The notes beneath the pieces are model-generated. The model searched no databases and was not told the DNA's origin. It saw nothing but the letters and a program-made list of their open reading frames with translations. The position numbers and the translations under genes are program-made. Shown here piece by piece: positions 30,669 through 41,502 of a stretch of 64,000 nt of DNA. The DNA comes from Nitrosopumilus sp. Its GTDB lineage: Archaea > Thermoproteota > Nitrososphaeria > Nitrososphaerales > Nitrosopumilaceae. The DNA is taken from positions 928,001-992,000 of the forward strand of contig CBDBLX010000002.1 in the NCBI GenBank assembly GCA_965207445.1. The letters are read 5' to 3'. The first letter of the stretch is position 1. Every line of letters starts with the position of its first letter.

Positions 30669-32429
30669 GTGGAATTTTCTATTCTGGCTACTGCGTTTCA
30701 AAAGATGGAGTCTACAACAAAAAGATTAGAACTTACAGATATACTCACAGAACTCTTCTTAAACACGCCAAAAGATGTGATATCGCGTATAGTATATTTG
30801 CTTCAAGGAAAGATACGTCCTGATTTTGAAGGTGTAGAACTTGGCGTGGCAGAAAAACTCGCAATCAAAGCACTCTCAAAATCATCTGGTGTAAACATAA
30901 AGGTGATCAAGCAACAGTATCAAGAAAGTGGTGACTTGGGGCGCACCGCAGAGGTCATAATGGAACAAAAGACTCAGACTACATTTGTCACAGAGATGAT
31001 TACAGTAGAGCGAGTGTATGATACCCTTTACAAAATTGCAAAACTTGAAGGAAATCGCTCACAAGATCTGAAGACTAGATACATATCGAGTTTGTTAAAT
31101 GACGCTCAACCAATGGAATCTGGATATATACTCAAGATACTGCTTGGCAGTTTAAGATTTGGTATTGCAGAGAATACAATAATGGATGCACTTGCATCTG
31201 CGTTTACTGGAGAGAAAAACAACCGTGGTATAATTGAGCATGCATACAATGTATCAAGTGATTTAGGTGCCGTTGCAAATGCAATAGCATCTGATGGATT
31301 AGATGGTATAAAGAACTTTAATGCTGAATTATTCAGACCCATAAGACCAATGCTTGCTGAGCGTATTAAAAGTGAGCAAGAAGCCATATCAAAAATGGGT
31401 AAAGGTCTTGTAGCCGAATACAAACTAGATGGTGAGCGCGTACAGATTCATGTAAAAGATGAGCGCGTAGAGATATTTTCAAGAAAGCTTGAAAAGATCA
31501 CATCACATTATCCTGATATCGCAGAGCAGATACCTCAATTGATAAATGTTAAAGAGGCCATATTTGAAGCAGAAGCGGTTGCCATCAACGAAAAGACTGG
31601 TGACTATTTACCGTTTCAAGAGTTGATGCATCGTAGGAGAAAGTACAACATTACAAAAACTGTGTCCGATTATCCTATAACTGTCAATCTTTTTGATATA
31701 TTGTACTCAAATGGTAAGAGTTGTATGGATTTATCATATACAGAGCGGCGTCGTATGCTTGAGGATGCAATATCAAAAAAGAATGATTATGCTCGATGCA
31801 TTCCTATGACGACAATTACTAACGTATCTGAAATGTCTGAATTCATGGAAGGTGCAATAAATGCAGGAAGCGAAGGTTTGATGCTAAAGATGCCTCGTGC
31901 CACATATCAGGCCGGCTCACGTGGCAGTTATTGGCTCAAATTAAAAAAAGAGTATCGAAACGAACTAGGTGACAGCTTGGACCTTGTTGTCATTGGTGGA
32001 TTCTTTGGCAAAGGAAGACGAACTGGTATATATGGAACATTACTTTTGGCAGCATACGACTACCAAAGTGACACATTTCCTAGTATATGTAAAGTTGGTA
32101 CAGGATTTACAGATGATGATCTTGACAGATTGTATCAAATATTGCACTCAAAGGTTACGATAAGAAAGAACTCGCGCATAAACAGTGAGATGATGGCAGA
32201 TGTGTGGTTTGAGCCTGAACTTGTAATTGAGATTGTTGCATCTGAGATAACCATAAGCCCAATACACAAGACTGCATGGAATATGATAAGAAAGGATACT
32301 GGACTTGCCCTGCGATTTCCAAAATATACTGGCAAGATAAGAGGCGACAAATCCGCTGAGAATGCATCTACTATACACGAAGTAATTGCATTATTTAAGG
32401 GACAAAAAAAGACAAACTTTGATGCATAA
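30669..32429 (+). CDS. lig: ATP-dependent DNA ligase
   Basis: EYKLDGER active site, EGLMLK, WLKLK and LRFP. Confidence 0.97.
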   Translation: MEFSILATAFQKMESTTKRLELTDILTELFLNTPKDVISRIVYLLQGKIRPDFEGVELGVAEKLAIKALSKSSGVNIKVIKQQYQESGDLGRTAEVIMEQKTQTTFVTEMITVERVYDTLYKIAKLEGNRSQDLKTRYISSLLNDAQPMESGYILKILLGSLRFGIAENTIMDALASAFTGEKNNRGIIEHAYNVSSDLGAVANAIASDGLDGIKNFNAELFRPIRPMLAERIKSEQEAISKMGKGLVAEYKLDGERVQIHVKDERVEIFSRKLEKITSHYPDIAEQIPQLINVKEAIFEAEAVAINEKTGDYLPFQELMHRRRKYNITKTVSDYPITVNLFDILYSNGKSCMDLSYTERRRMLEDAISKKNDYARCIPMTTITNVSEMSEFMEGAINAGSEGLMLKMPRATYQAGSRGSYWLKLKKEYRNELGDSLDLVVIGGFFGKGRRTGIYGTLLLAAYDYQSDTFPSICKVGTGFTDDDLDRLYQILHSKVTIRKNSRINSEMMADVWFEPELVIEIVASEITISPIHKTAWNMIRKDTGLALRFPKYTGKIRGDKSAENASTIHEVIALFKGQKKTNFDA

Positions 32430-32613
32430 ATATTTATGTATTATAATGTATATAAAATATACTTGATGTTTATTTGTAATTACCTGTTTTTTGATTGTAA
32501 TTGCCAGTTTAGTCTAAATCACATATGTGAATGATTTGTATTTACCTCTTTAATTGTACATTTTATTGAATTGTGCATAATTTAAATTATAGAATAGGTT
32601 TATACGTTATGTT

Positions 32614-33267
32614 ATGTATAGTGGTGAATTAGAGGTACAAGCAAGACGTAAAACAATTGCGGTACTTCAAGACGAGATTAATCGTATACTTAACGCGTCT
32701 AGAGAACTTGCAACTTTGCCAGATTTGATGATGAAGAAGAACAGACCTGGAGTAAAGGATGCCTTGGCTCAGATATTCTCATTAGAGGATGAGATAGAGA
32801 ACCTGCGGCGTAAGATTACTCGTGAGGTTGCTGATGTGGGTGGTCTTATAGATAGTAGAGAAAACCTGTTGAATACTGCATATACGATGGATGAAATTGC
32901 AGGATACATTACGGGAATATCATTCAAACTCTCAAACATCAAACCTGCCACACTAAAAGGTGCAAAACTCGACAAAGATATCACGGATCTCATTGAACTA
33001 GTTGTTGATGAGGTTTACAAACTCAACGAGATAATACGTAGTTTGTCATCAAATACTGCAAATGCAATCGAGCTTGCGCAAGAGACACAGGCCATCGAAC
33101 GAGAGATTGATACCAAATACAGGAAAATAACACTAAAGATACTCTCAGAGGTGTCTAACACTCGTGAGATGTTGTTGCTCAAAGACGTGATAGAAGGAAT
33201 AGAAGAGATGGCAGACAAATGTCAAAGAGTGTCTGATTCATTCATCTTACTAGCACTTCGTCTCTAG
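32614..33267 (+). CDS. DUF47 / PhoU-like phosphate transport regulator
   Basis: Repeated E.E.D..RR helical bundle pattern. Confidence 0.8.
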   Translation: MYSGELEVQARRKTIAVLQDEINRILNASRELATLPDLMMKKNRPGVKDALAQIFSLEDEIENLRRKITREVADVGGLIDSRENLLNTAYTMDEIAGYITGISFKLSNIKPATLKGAKLDKDITDLIELVVDEVYKLNEIIRSLSSNTANAIELAQETQAIEREIDTKYRKITLKILSEVSNTREMLLLKDVIEGIEEMADKCQRVSDSFILLALRL

Positions 33268-33344
33268 TTAGTATACTAACTTACACCTATTTTTATATAT
33301 TTTTATATTTGTAATAAATAAATAAATATTATTAATTTGTGTCC

Positions 33345-33423
33345 GTGACCGTTCAACCCCTTTCCAAATTTAGGCACAAATTCATCGTCTAACTTTTGAT
33401 GCAGATATAGGTTGAACGGTTAC
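33345..33423 (+). mobile_element. MITE family A, copy 5
   Basis: GTGACCGTTCAACC...CAAATTTAGGCACAAATTCA...GGTTGAACGGTTAC. Confidence 0.85.
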
Positions 33424-33465
33424 CTTCTTGATATAATTCATATACATATACTCAAAACCCGCAAC

Positions 33466-34014
33466 ATGAGCAAATTGATTCGTTGTGAGCTTGTAGAGAA
33501 CCGAATTATGGCCTGGGATCCTTTGGATGCAAAGACGCTTTTTGCAGAAGGATATTATGGCAAGCCAATCGGAATGCCAAAACCCAAAATTGATGAGATA
33601 AATGTCCCTCTAGTGCTAGATTTGATCGAAGGATTTTACCTTTTAGAAAAAGGAAGAATTACAATTACGCAGTCAAGACGTAGAGTATCTATATCTCACA
33701 TGATGGATATATGTAGAGGAGAATATCATGAGTTTGATAAAAAGTATATCGTATATAAAAAATTCAGAGACCTTGGGTATATTGTCAGTTCTGGTATAAA
33801 ATATGGTTGTGACTTTGCAGTATACAAGCTAGGTCCTGGTATTGACCATGCCCCGTATATGGTTCACGTGTTTAACAAAGCAGATCATATTACATCAACT
33901 AGTATAGTACTTGCAGGTAGACTTGCATCTGCTGTAAGAAAACGATTCATACTTGCTGTTCCAAAAAGCAAACAAAATGTAGACTTTGTTGAATTAGACT
34001 GGTGGAAGGCATGA
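33466..34014 (+). CDS. endA: tRNA-intron lyase (splicing endonuclease, catalytic subunit)
   Basis: GYYGKP, G.KYG.DFAVY..GPG.DHAPY and GRLA..VRK. Confidence 0.92.
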   Translation: MSKLIRCELVENRIMAWDPLDAKTLFAEGYYGKPIGMPKPKIDEINVPLVLDLIEGFYLLEKGRITITQSRRRVSISHMMDICRGEYHEFDKKYIVYKKFRDLGYIVSSGIKYGCDFAVYKLGPGIDHAPYMVHVFNKADHITSTSIVLAGRLASAVRKRFILAVPKSKQNVDFVELDWWKA

Positions 34015-34416
34015 TGCCTTTATGTGTCCTGCTATTTTATCGTAAATCTCAAACACATCCTGCTCTATTCTAAATGTTGCCTTGTCATTCCATCTACCAT
34101 AAATTCTAATGTTATCGTTAGTTTGCTCAATATGAATTTCTGCATTCCATACTGACTGTTTTGCAATCATCTCATTTAGTTCTGTGTCTTTATTTAATTT
34201 ATCAAGCAATGTCTTTGTATTCCCAACCCAACTCACCGATGTGACACGTTTGGATGCAAAGTGGCCGCTTGTCTCAAGTTTAGTCTTTGCAAATATGTCC
34301 ATGTTTGCACCACTGTGTGACTCGTCATACTTTGGAATATTGACAATATAATGAGCCTGATATCTATCTAGCGCTCCCCATTCAGTGACGTGTGGATCTT
34401 GCATTGTATCATTCAT
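33994..34416 (-). CDS. Conserved hypothetical protein
   Basis: 140-aa ORF coupled to the upstream gene by an ATGA overlap. Confidence 0.7.
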   Translation of the reverse strand: MNDTMQDPHVTEWGALDRYQAHYIVNIPKYDESHSGANMDIFAKTKLETSGHFASKRVTSVSWVGNTKTLLDKLNKDTELNEMIAKQSVWNAEIHIEQTNDNIRIYGRWNDKATFRIEQDVFEIYDKIAGHIKASCLPPV

Positions 34417-34649
34417 CCTTTTTGAACTATATGTATCATATCAATATTCTTTCCACTTAATGTGACGCATCCGCGATTTGTCACCATTCGAGGGGTACTA
34501 GATGAGTATCTAGAGTAATAGTCTCCTGATTCGGCTGACATTGTACCAATATCACACGGCTCTGCTGACACATTAATTTGATCAAGCATGTCTGCAATCT
34601 TTTCTGGCCATGTCATATATACAAATGTGTCTGGTTCATCATCATGCAT
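34413..34649 (-). CDS. Conserved hypothetical protein
   Basis: WPEKI..ML...TNRGC..L.GKNIDMIHIVQKG. Confidence 0.7.
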   Translation of the reverse strand: MHDDEPDTFVYMTWPEKIADMLDQINVSAEPCDIGTMSAESGDYYSRYSSSTPRMVTNRGCVTLSGKNIDMIHIVQKG

Positions 34650-34750
34650 AAAAAATCAACAGACTGCCCACAAATAAATATTGAGAGTTTCATAACATGG
34701 TCATATAAATTGATCAATCAAAATAAATATCAATGCAATAACTGCAATAC

Positions 34751-36538
34751 ATGAAGTTTGTAGGGAAGACTGCTATAATTACTGGAAGCGGTACGGGAAT
34801 AGGCCTTGCAATTGCTAAGAAATTTGTCTCAAATGGTGCAAATGTAATTATTCTTGGAAGGCGTAAAGAGCCACTTGAAGAAGCTGCAAACGATCTCAAA
34901 GGAATAGCTGTAAATGGTGCAAATATTAGGATATTTCCGGGTGTCGATGTTGCCGATGCGTCTAGTGTAAATGCCATGTTTGATCAGTTGGAATCTGAGA
35001 ATATAATGATAGATTACATGATAAATAATGCTGGTGTATCTGGACCCGTGACCTGTTTTTCAAATGCATCTATTGATGACTTTAGATCTACTGTACATAT
35101 ACACTTGACAGGTACGTTTTGGGGATCTGTACAAGCACTACGTGTGATGAAGCAAGGTGGTAAAATAATTACAATATCTACATTCTTTACAGAAGAGAGG
35201 CCGTTGGAGCAAAGACCTTATAGATTTCGTACTCCATACACTGCGTCACAGGGAGCAAAGAACAGACTTGCTGAACTATTGTCTTGGGAGCTTACATGCG
35301 ATGGCATAACATCTATTGCAACAAATCCTGGCCCTGTTCATTCTGATAGAATATACAAAACAGTGTACCCAAAAGCCGCTGCAGAATTTATGAGAGTGAG
35401 TGGCTATGAAGACTTTAGTCCTTTAGAAGTAGAATCTACTGCTACAAAGATGTTGCTGCCGTTGTTGGGTGAGGATGAAAAAACCTTATCTGATGGAATC
35501 GGTACTGCTGCACGAGTCACGTCTCATGATAAAGGGATAACAGAGGATAAAGCATGTGATATTTTATCAGGATTATTAGAAAAGATCAAATACATTGCAG
35601 AAAAGGTTCAAAAAAACACATCTCGAATGATTGCAAACCAAGAGTTTCTCTCCCAAGATCAGGTTGCAGAATCTGTTTTGAATCTGTGTGATGAAAAGAT
35701 CTCTGCAATATTGGATGGAAAGGTTGTGCCAGGTGACAGAGTATTTTATCCAGTAAAGCCACATGTCTCAGGGGCTATACCTGCACCTATACAAATACCA
35801 GATTTGACAGACAAGGGTATAGTGATAATTACTGCTGATCCTACTGATGATGATGATGTACAAAAGATTGGACACATGATAAACCATATAGAGAAAGAAT
35901 GCAATGGTAGCGTGGTGTGTTTTGTATCTGCATCTGCACCAACTGATATGGCACAACGTATCGCTGATATGGCACACTCTCATGTAATTGACATGAGTAA
36001 TTCTGATGATGTGTCTAGATGGTTCTCTACTGCACAGCAAAAAAAAGGCAAGATCATTTGCACCATACATTACACTGGCAAGGTTCCATCAACGATTACA
36101 AAAATGACAAAACTCCCAAGAGTAGAATGGGATGAATTAGTTGAGAAATTTATAATTAGACCTGCAATATCTGCACAACGCACACTTGAGGCATTTGTTC
36201 CCGGTGGTGGTAGTGATCCGAGACTCTACAAAGATACCAACGGCGCAATGATTATTGTGGGCCCACAATTACCATCTGGTAAAAAGACTACTCCCACACA
36301 ACGAGCACAAGCAGAAGTATTCCGAGGTGCACTGCGCCCATTTACAACCACACTCAACCAAGAACTAAGTGATGTGCTTGGTTCAAACATAAGACTATTT
36401 ACTGCATTGCCCGGATCCGTTACAGGAATAGAGTCTGATCCACAAAAAGTTGCAGACTTGTTTGATAATATGATGACATCACCTATCGTATGTAGTGCAC
36501 TCTCAACTGTAATATTCTGTACAGACGAGTCGCGTTAA
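34751..36538 (+). CDS. Two-domain SDR family oxidoreductase
   Basis: TGSGTGIG, NNAGVSGP, PY..S..A and PGPVHSDRI; degenerate second Rossmann-like domain. Confidence 0.88.
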   Translation: MKFVGKTAIITGSGTGIGLAIAKKFVSNGANVIILGRRKEPLEEAANDLKGIAVNGANIRIFPGVDVADASSVNAMFDQLESENIMIDYMINNAGVSGPVTCFSNASIDDFRSTVHIHLTGTFWGSVQALRVMKQGGKIITISTFFTEERPLEQRPYRFRTPYTASQGAKNRLAELLSWELTCDGITSIATNPGPVHSDRIYKTVYPKAAAEFMRVSGYEDFSPLEVESTATKMLLPLLGEDEKTLSDGIGTAARVTSHDKGITEDKACDILSGLLEKIKYIAEKVQKNTSRMIANQEFLSQDQVAESVLNLCDEKISAILDGKVVPGDRVFYPVKPHVSGAIPAPIQIPDLTDKGIVIITADPTDDDDVQKIGHMINHIEKECNGSVVCFVSASAPTDMAQRIADMAHSHVIDMSNSDDVSRWFSTAQQKKGKIICTIHYTGKVPSTITKMTKLPRVEWDELVEKFIIRPAISAQRTLEAFVPGGGSDPRLYKDTNGAMIIVGPQLPSGKKTTPTQRAQAEVFRGALRPFTTTLNQELSDVLGSNIRLFTALPGSVTGIESDPQKVADLFDNMMTSPIVCSALSTVIFCTDESR

Positions 36539-36539
36539 A

Positions 36540-37004
36540 ATGAAGCGATTCGATGAATTTGAGATTGGTGAAAAATTTTACAGCACTTGCACTATAACAA
36601 AAAGTGATCTAGATGCATACTTGCAACTCTCACAGACAAAAAACATATTTCTTGAGAGTGATGATAAACACCCCAATAAACATGTCATACCTGGTAGAAT
36701 GTTGTTGGCCAAGATCGAGGGCGCATTTACAAGATTGCCTGAGATATATGGTAATTATGTAATGTTGGTTGGCACAGATGGTGATCCGGATTGGGATTGT
36801 CGTAGTGTGAGATTTTTAATGCCATTTTACACTGGTGATGATTTAAAGATCGAATATGAAATATCAGATATGGTCAATGTAAATGATGATTTTGGTAGAA
36901 TCTATGTTGATTACAATGGTACTGACTTGAAGAATGGAAATTTGGTGATAGTTGCAAAACGAAACATATATCAAATTAAAAAAGATCATATTTCTAACAA
37001 GTAA
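36540..37004 (+). CDS. MaoC-like hot-dog fold protein
   Basis: FDEFEIGEKF, IPG.ML and VRFL.PF.TGD.L. Confidence 0.75.
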   Translation: MKRFDEFEIGEKFYSTCTITKSDLDAYLQLSQTKNIFLESDDKHPNKHVIPGRMLLAKIEGAFTRLPEIYGNYVMLVGTDGDPDWDCRSVRFLMPFYTGDDLKIEYEISDMVNVNDDFGRIYVDYNGTDLKNGNLVIVAKRNIYQIKKDHISNK

Positions 37005-37050
37005 TTCTACGTATTATTATTATTGTTAAAAATCACACAGTGTGATCGTT

Positions 37051-37848
37051 TTATGTGATGGTATTTTCATCACCTATTATAGAGTCATAAAACATCTTTA
37101 TTGCTGTTGCAAGTATTGCCCCAAATGCTAATATGCGCAAGTTGCGCTCTCTTGCTTCCATTGAGAGACGTGCACCTGTCAGACCTCCGAGAAATGCTCC
37201 TATTGCCATAAATGATGCTTGCAACAAGTCTGGATTTCCAAGCAAACCATGTACTGTTATACCTGAAACAGATGCAAAAAGTAAGATCATCTGAGATGTG
37301 GGGGCAGCACGTTTTATTGACATTGCAAGGCCAGTGACCATTAATGGAATGAATATGATTCCACCACCTATTCCAAAGAATGATGATGCCACACCTGCAA
37401 AGAAACTCACTCCTACTAGTATTAGAATCAAAAATCCTGGGAATAGATGTTGTAATTTTTTCCCATATTTGTCGTCTTGTTTATCTGAAAATTTTGATCT
37501 TAATATGAGGTATGTGGCAGATGCTACAAGTACTATACCAAACAGAAATTCAAACGTATGAGACGAAAGTTCACTTGTCACTAGTGCCCCTACTATAGTA
37601 CCTGGTATTGAGAGCAGTCCCATCTTTAATGCCAACTTGTACTCGATTCGTTTCTGTCTAGAGTATACAATGGTAGATGCAACAGCATTACTCAATGTTG
37701 CAAGCAGACTATTACTTGCAGCAAGTGTATGTGGGAATCCGAGAAATACCATTACAGGAACCGTGATGATCCCTCCTCCAAGTCCTGTCATTGATCCTAA
37801 TAATCCGGCGGCAAAGCCTAATGGAACAAGCCAAAGATGTTCTATCAT
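37051..37848 (-). CDS. TauE/SafE family sulfite exporter
   Basis: Duplicated G.GGG.I.VP motif; about eight TM segments. Confidence 0.9.
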   Translation of the reverse strand: MIEHLWLVPLGFAAGLLGSMTGLGGGIITVPVMVFLGFPHTLAASNSLLATLSNAVASTIVYSRQKRIEYKLALKMGLLSIPGTIVGALVTSELSSHTFEFLFGIVLVASATYLILRSKFSDKQDDKYGKKLQHLFPGFLILILVGVSFFAGVASSFFGIGGGIIFIPLMVTGLAMSIKRAAPTSQMILLFASVSGITVHGLLGNPDLLQASFMAIGAFLGGLTGARLSMEARERNLRILAFGAILATAIKMFYDSIIGDENTIT

Positions 37849-38273
37849 GTCATAATCTTTTATTTTTGCTTTATATTTTCTATAAATTTTGATAAAACGA
37901 ACCTGACGTGCCCTATGGTATTGTTATGGTTAATATTATGATTATATTAAAATTACACATTTACATATTTTCAGTATGCGTAATAGTTTCATTAAATATC
38001 CGATAGTTTTCTAATATTTTGTATTCATAATATGTGCTCAACTTTGAGATGAATATCAATCAAAATATCAGATCTTTAATCATATCAGTATACATCACTG
38101 TTAATGGCCCTGTTGTTACCAATTGTATTGATTTTAGATATACATCACAGCTATTATTATTATTACCTATTTTCACTAGTCACATTCTACATTAAACCGA
38201 GTACAAAACATGATCTTTTAAACACATCACATTTCATCACAACCTATAATTGAACGTCATTTGTAATGTTTGT

Positions 38274-38660
38274 ATGGGTGAGTTCAAGTTATTTGGGTCT
38301 GGTGGAAGTATAATAGCCGATCTGACAGATGCACAAGCTAAAACAGCAGATCTCGGTGTTGGCAAGCTATTCTTAGCACCTATTGGCAAAGTTGAACTCT
38401 CAAAGATTAAAGGGTACTCGTGCAATGCATGCAAGGCTGACTTTGGAAAACCTCCTAATATCAAAGTTGAGCAAGAGGATGATGATGGTGATGGTACTAC
38501 TACCACTGCTGGACCTGAACAAGTATCTGAAAATTTAATGCTAGTTGAGAGAGGACAATACACGTGTGACAAGTGTGGTTCTGTAATTGGTAATTACAGA
38601 GTGTTTGTCAAGGGTGACAAAGACTCTGATGCTGGATTGGCAAAACCATCATCTTTATAA
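38274..38660 (+). CDS. Conserved Zn-ribbon hypothetical protein
   Basis: CNAC ... CDKC; GKLFLAPIG. Confidence 0.75.
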   Translation: MGEFKLFGSGGSIIADLTDAQAKTADLGVGKLFLAPIGKVELSKIKGYSCNACKADFGKPPNIKVEQEDDDGDGTTTTAGPEQVSENLMLVERGQYTCDKCGSVIGNYRVFVKGDKDSDAGLAKPSSL

Positions 38661-38685
38661 TTATCTGGAGTGTGTTTGTGTGTCA

Positions 38686-39198
38686 ATGATGCAGGAAACT
38701 AACAAAGAATTAAAACAGATTGTCGAGGAACACATCAAGATACTCGGGGCAAAATATGAAGATCAAACAAATGTCGTAAAAGACAAAAACCAAAACATAC
38801 AATGGCAATTTCGTGTAGGATCTAATTTTATCGTAAGAAAAAATACGGATAACGACGGCCGGGTACACGTTAGTGTGACTCTGCAATTCAATCCTAGTGA
38901 CTCTAAACTTTTAACGTCTACTAATCCAACATTTATGAAAACTGACTTTCAAATTAGTGAAATCTGTACCATATGTGGTGTTGGACACCAGTGGGTAAAT
39001 TTTGGAGATGATATTGCAGGACTAGCACTATTTGATTATGTTGATGAGTTGGTCCTGGACAGAATATCTTTTCATAAATCATTGGAAAATATGATACGTG
39101 TATCAAACCATGTAAAAAAAATATTACATGCAAATTTTGGCAACATTGCAAAAGATTTGATGACGGGCGAAAAACTTACATCATCAATATATGATTAG
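38686..39198 (+). CDS. Hypothetical protein
   Basis: Continuous ORF; no recognisable motif. Confidence 0.6.
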   Translation: MMQETNKELKQIVEEHIKILGAKYEDQTNVVKDKNQNIQWQFRVGSNFIVRKNTDNDGRVHVSVTLQFNPSDSKLLTSTNPTFMKTDFQISEICTICGVGHQWVNFGDDIAGLALFDYVDELVLDRISFHKSLENMIRVSNHVKKILHANFGNIAKDLMTGEKLTSSIYD

Positions 39199-39348
39199 TG
39201 AACAAATCTTAAAATGTGTACTTTTTATGATTTCAATAAACTCAAGGGTCTATAGTTCATCCCAAATATAGATAGTAATTGTCACTAATGTAAATGAACA
39301 CTGTGATTTCTATAAATGACATTTTCGATTACAATCAATGTGATCGTA

Positions 39349-41490
39349 CTACATGACATCGGGCGCCTCGATTCCAATTAAATTTAATGCCTTTGTTATT
39401 GCAAGCCGAAATGAATATACCAAACAAAGTCGAGCATCTACAAGATTGGGATCATCGAGTCCAAGTACTCTACATTGTTCATAAAATGTGTTAAAACCTG
39501 TTGCTAGGTCATGACAATACCGCGCCACTACTTTGGGTGAGAGATTCTTTGCTGCATCATATACTGCTACATCAAAAGAACCTATTAATTTGATTAGATT
39601 TATTTCTGAATCTTTTTTGAGCACGTCACAATTGATTGTGTCATATGATACAACTTGCTTGGATTTTTCTAATATTCGTGACGCCCGTGCTACTGTATAT
39701 TGTATATATGATGCAGTATTGCCTTCCAAACTCAGTGAATGTGTTAAATCAAATGTTATGATTTTATCCAAGTCTTGCTTTAGCATCTCATATCGAATAG
39801 TGCCTACTGATATGGCATGTGCAATGCGTGCTGTGTTGTCATCATGTGTCATCTCAGGATGTCGTTTTATAGTTTCTGATGCAACCTTTTCATACAACAT
39901 ATCATATATGGTGTCTGCATCCACGTATAGCCCACGACGTCCTGACATCTGTGCTATTTTTCCATCTGTTTTCACTCCAAGAATCTTTGCAGTATTTGCG
40001 CTCAAAGTGACAGATTCATATGCCAAATGTATGTACGCTGCGTTATTTGATTTAAATCGCCTCATGAGACTCGTAATTATATTTTGTAGCCCTGATTGTC
40101 TAGAATCAATTACAGTAATTACAATGTCACCTGCAAAATTCATTTTATCATTATTTTTGAATGCAGTATTTTTTGTAGATGTATCCTTATTGTCGAGTAT
40201 AGTCTGCCATAGTGTTGTACCATCTGGTTGTTTTATTGGATACTGTATATAGTCAAAAGGATCCTCAAGCAATCCAAGTTTCCATGCTGCATAAGGAATG
40301 TCTTTTGCGATATATGTGGCAGTTCCATTACTGCGCACAATGACCTTGTCTTGATTGTCTTGTTTTGCTACTTGTGTGTGACTTTTGTGGTTGTCTGTGT
40401 TGTATTTGGTGTTGTATTTGTTGTTGTCTTTTGTATTTTTGGTTGCTGATGCTGATGCTGATGTATTAACATCTCGTATAACCCAACACCCATCATTTTT
40501 ACCGCCGCTAGAATCTAACTCTAGTAACTTCATATCTTTTAATTTTTCAAATACTTTGTTCCACAAACCTGAATGAATTATGTGAGATTCAAAGTTTAGG
40601 CAATTATAATATACTGAGAGACGCCAGCACGTCTGGAGTTGATCCATTAATACGCGACGAGTAATCTTGTTTGCAAATGCAGATGTCTTTGTACTTTGAT
40701 CCTCGATCTCCTTTAATGTATCTCGACGTATTTGTTCAAGTTCAGAATCTGTATTATATCTCTCAGTAGTCTTTACATATACGTCATCCCCACAATATTG
40801 TGCAAACGTCTTGTTTGGTGGTGGTTCTTGTGAAAACCCCAATTTCTGAAATCCCACAACTACATCTGCGACTTGCAACCCAGAGTCATCAACATAATTT
40901 AACACGTTGACTTTGTACCCTGCTTTTTTAAGTATCCGTGATATACTGTCTCCAATTATTATGTTTCTGACGTGTCCAATGTGTAATGCCTTGTTTGGAT
41001 TTACGCTTGTGTGCTCTATTGTAACAGTTGTGTCTTTTCCAATACTCTGATCCCCGAATGTCTTTGATCTTGCATCTGATAATATAGATTTTGTCATCTT
41101 TTTCCAATTGGCCTCAAAGTTTACAAATCCTGATGGGTGCGGCACACAAAGTGAGACGAGTCTGTCTGGTACCGACTTTTCATTGTACATATCTGATATA
41201 ATTTTAGCAATGTCCGCAGGACTCTTCTTTAATATGCGTGCAAGTAAAAATGCAATGTTTGAGCTTGCGTCACCGAATCCTGGTTTTGCAAGAGACACGT
41301 CAAATTTCACAGTGGTGGATAAATTATCTGCCTTTTTGTTGTGTTTGCTATTCTCATACTTTTCCCTGTCACCATTATCATACTTGCCACCATTATCATA
41401 CTTGCCATCATAGTCATATGTGATACTTATACGTGTCAAAATACTGTGTAATTCATCTCGTATTTCATTGAGTAGTGTTTGTATTGACAA
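39349..41490 (-). CDS. argS: Arginine--tRNA ligase
   Basis: EHTSVNPNKALHIGH, MSGRRG and YIQY..AR; several low-complexity insertions. Confidence 0.96.
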   Translation of the reverse strand: MSIQTLLNEIRDELHSILTRISITYDYDGKYDNGGKYDNGDREKYENSKHNKKADNLSTTVKFDVSLAKPGFGDASSNIAFLLARILKKSPADIAKIISDMYNEKSVPDRLVSLCVPHPSGFVNFEANWKKMTKSILSDARSKTFGDQSIGKDTTVTIEHTSVNPNKALHIGHVRNIIIGDSISRILKKAGYKVNVLNYVDDSGLQVADVVVGFQKLGFSQEPPPNKTFAQYCGDDVYVKTTERYNTDSELEQIRRDTLKEIEDQSTKTSAFANKITRRVLMDQLQTCWRLSVYYNCLNFESHIIHSGLWNKVFEKLKDMKLLELDSSGGKNDGCWVIRDVNTSASASATKNTKDNNKYNTKYNTDNHKSHTQVAKQDNQDKVIVRSNGTATYIAKDIPYAAWKLGLLEDPFDYIQYPIKQPDGTTLWQTILDNKDTSTKNTAFKNNDKMNFAGDIVITVIDSRQSGLQNIITSLMRRFKSNNAAYIHLAYESVTLSANTAKILGVKTDGKIAQMSGRRGLYVDADTIYDMLYEKVASETIKRHPEMTHDDNTARIAHAISVGTIRYEMLKQDLDKIITFDLTHSLSLEGNTASYIQYTVARASRILEKSKQVVSYDTINCDVLKKDSEINLIKLIGSFDVAVYDAAKNLSPKVVARYCHDLATGFNTFYEQCRVLGLDDPNLVDARLCLVYSFRLAITKALNLIGIEAPDVM

Positions 41491-41502
41491 TCATATCCTC
41501 CT

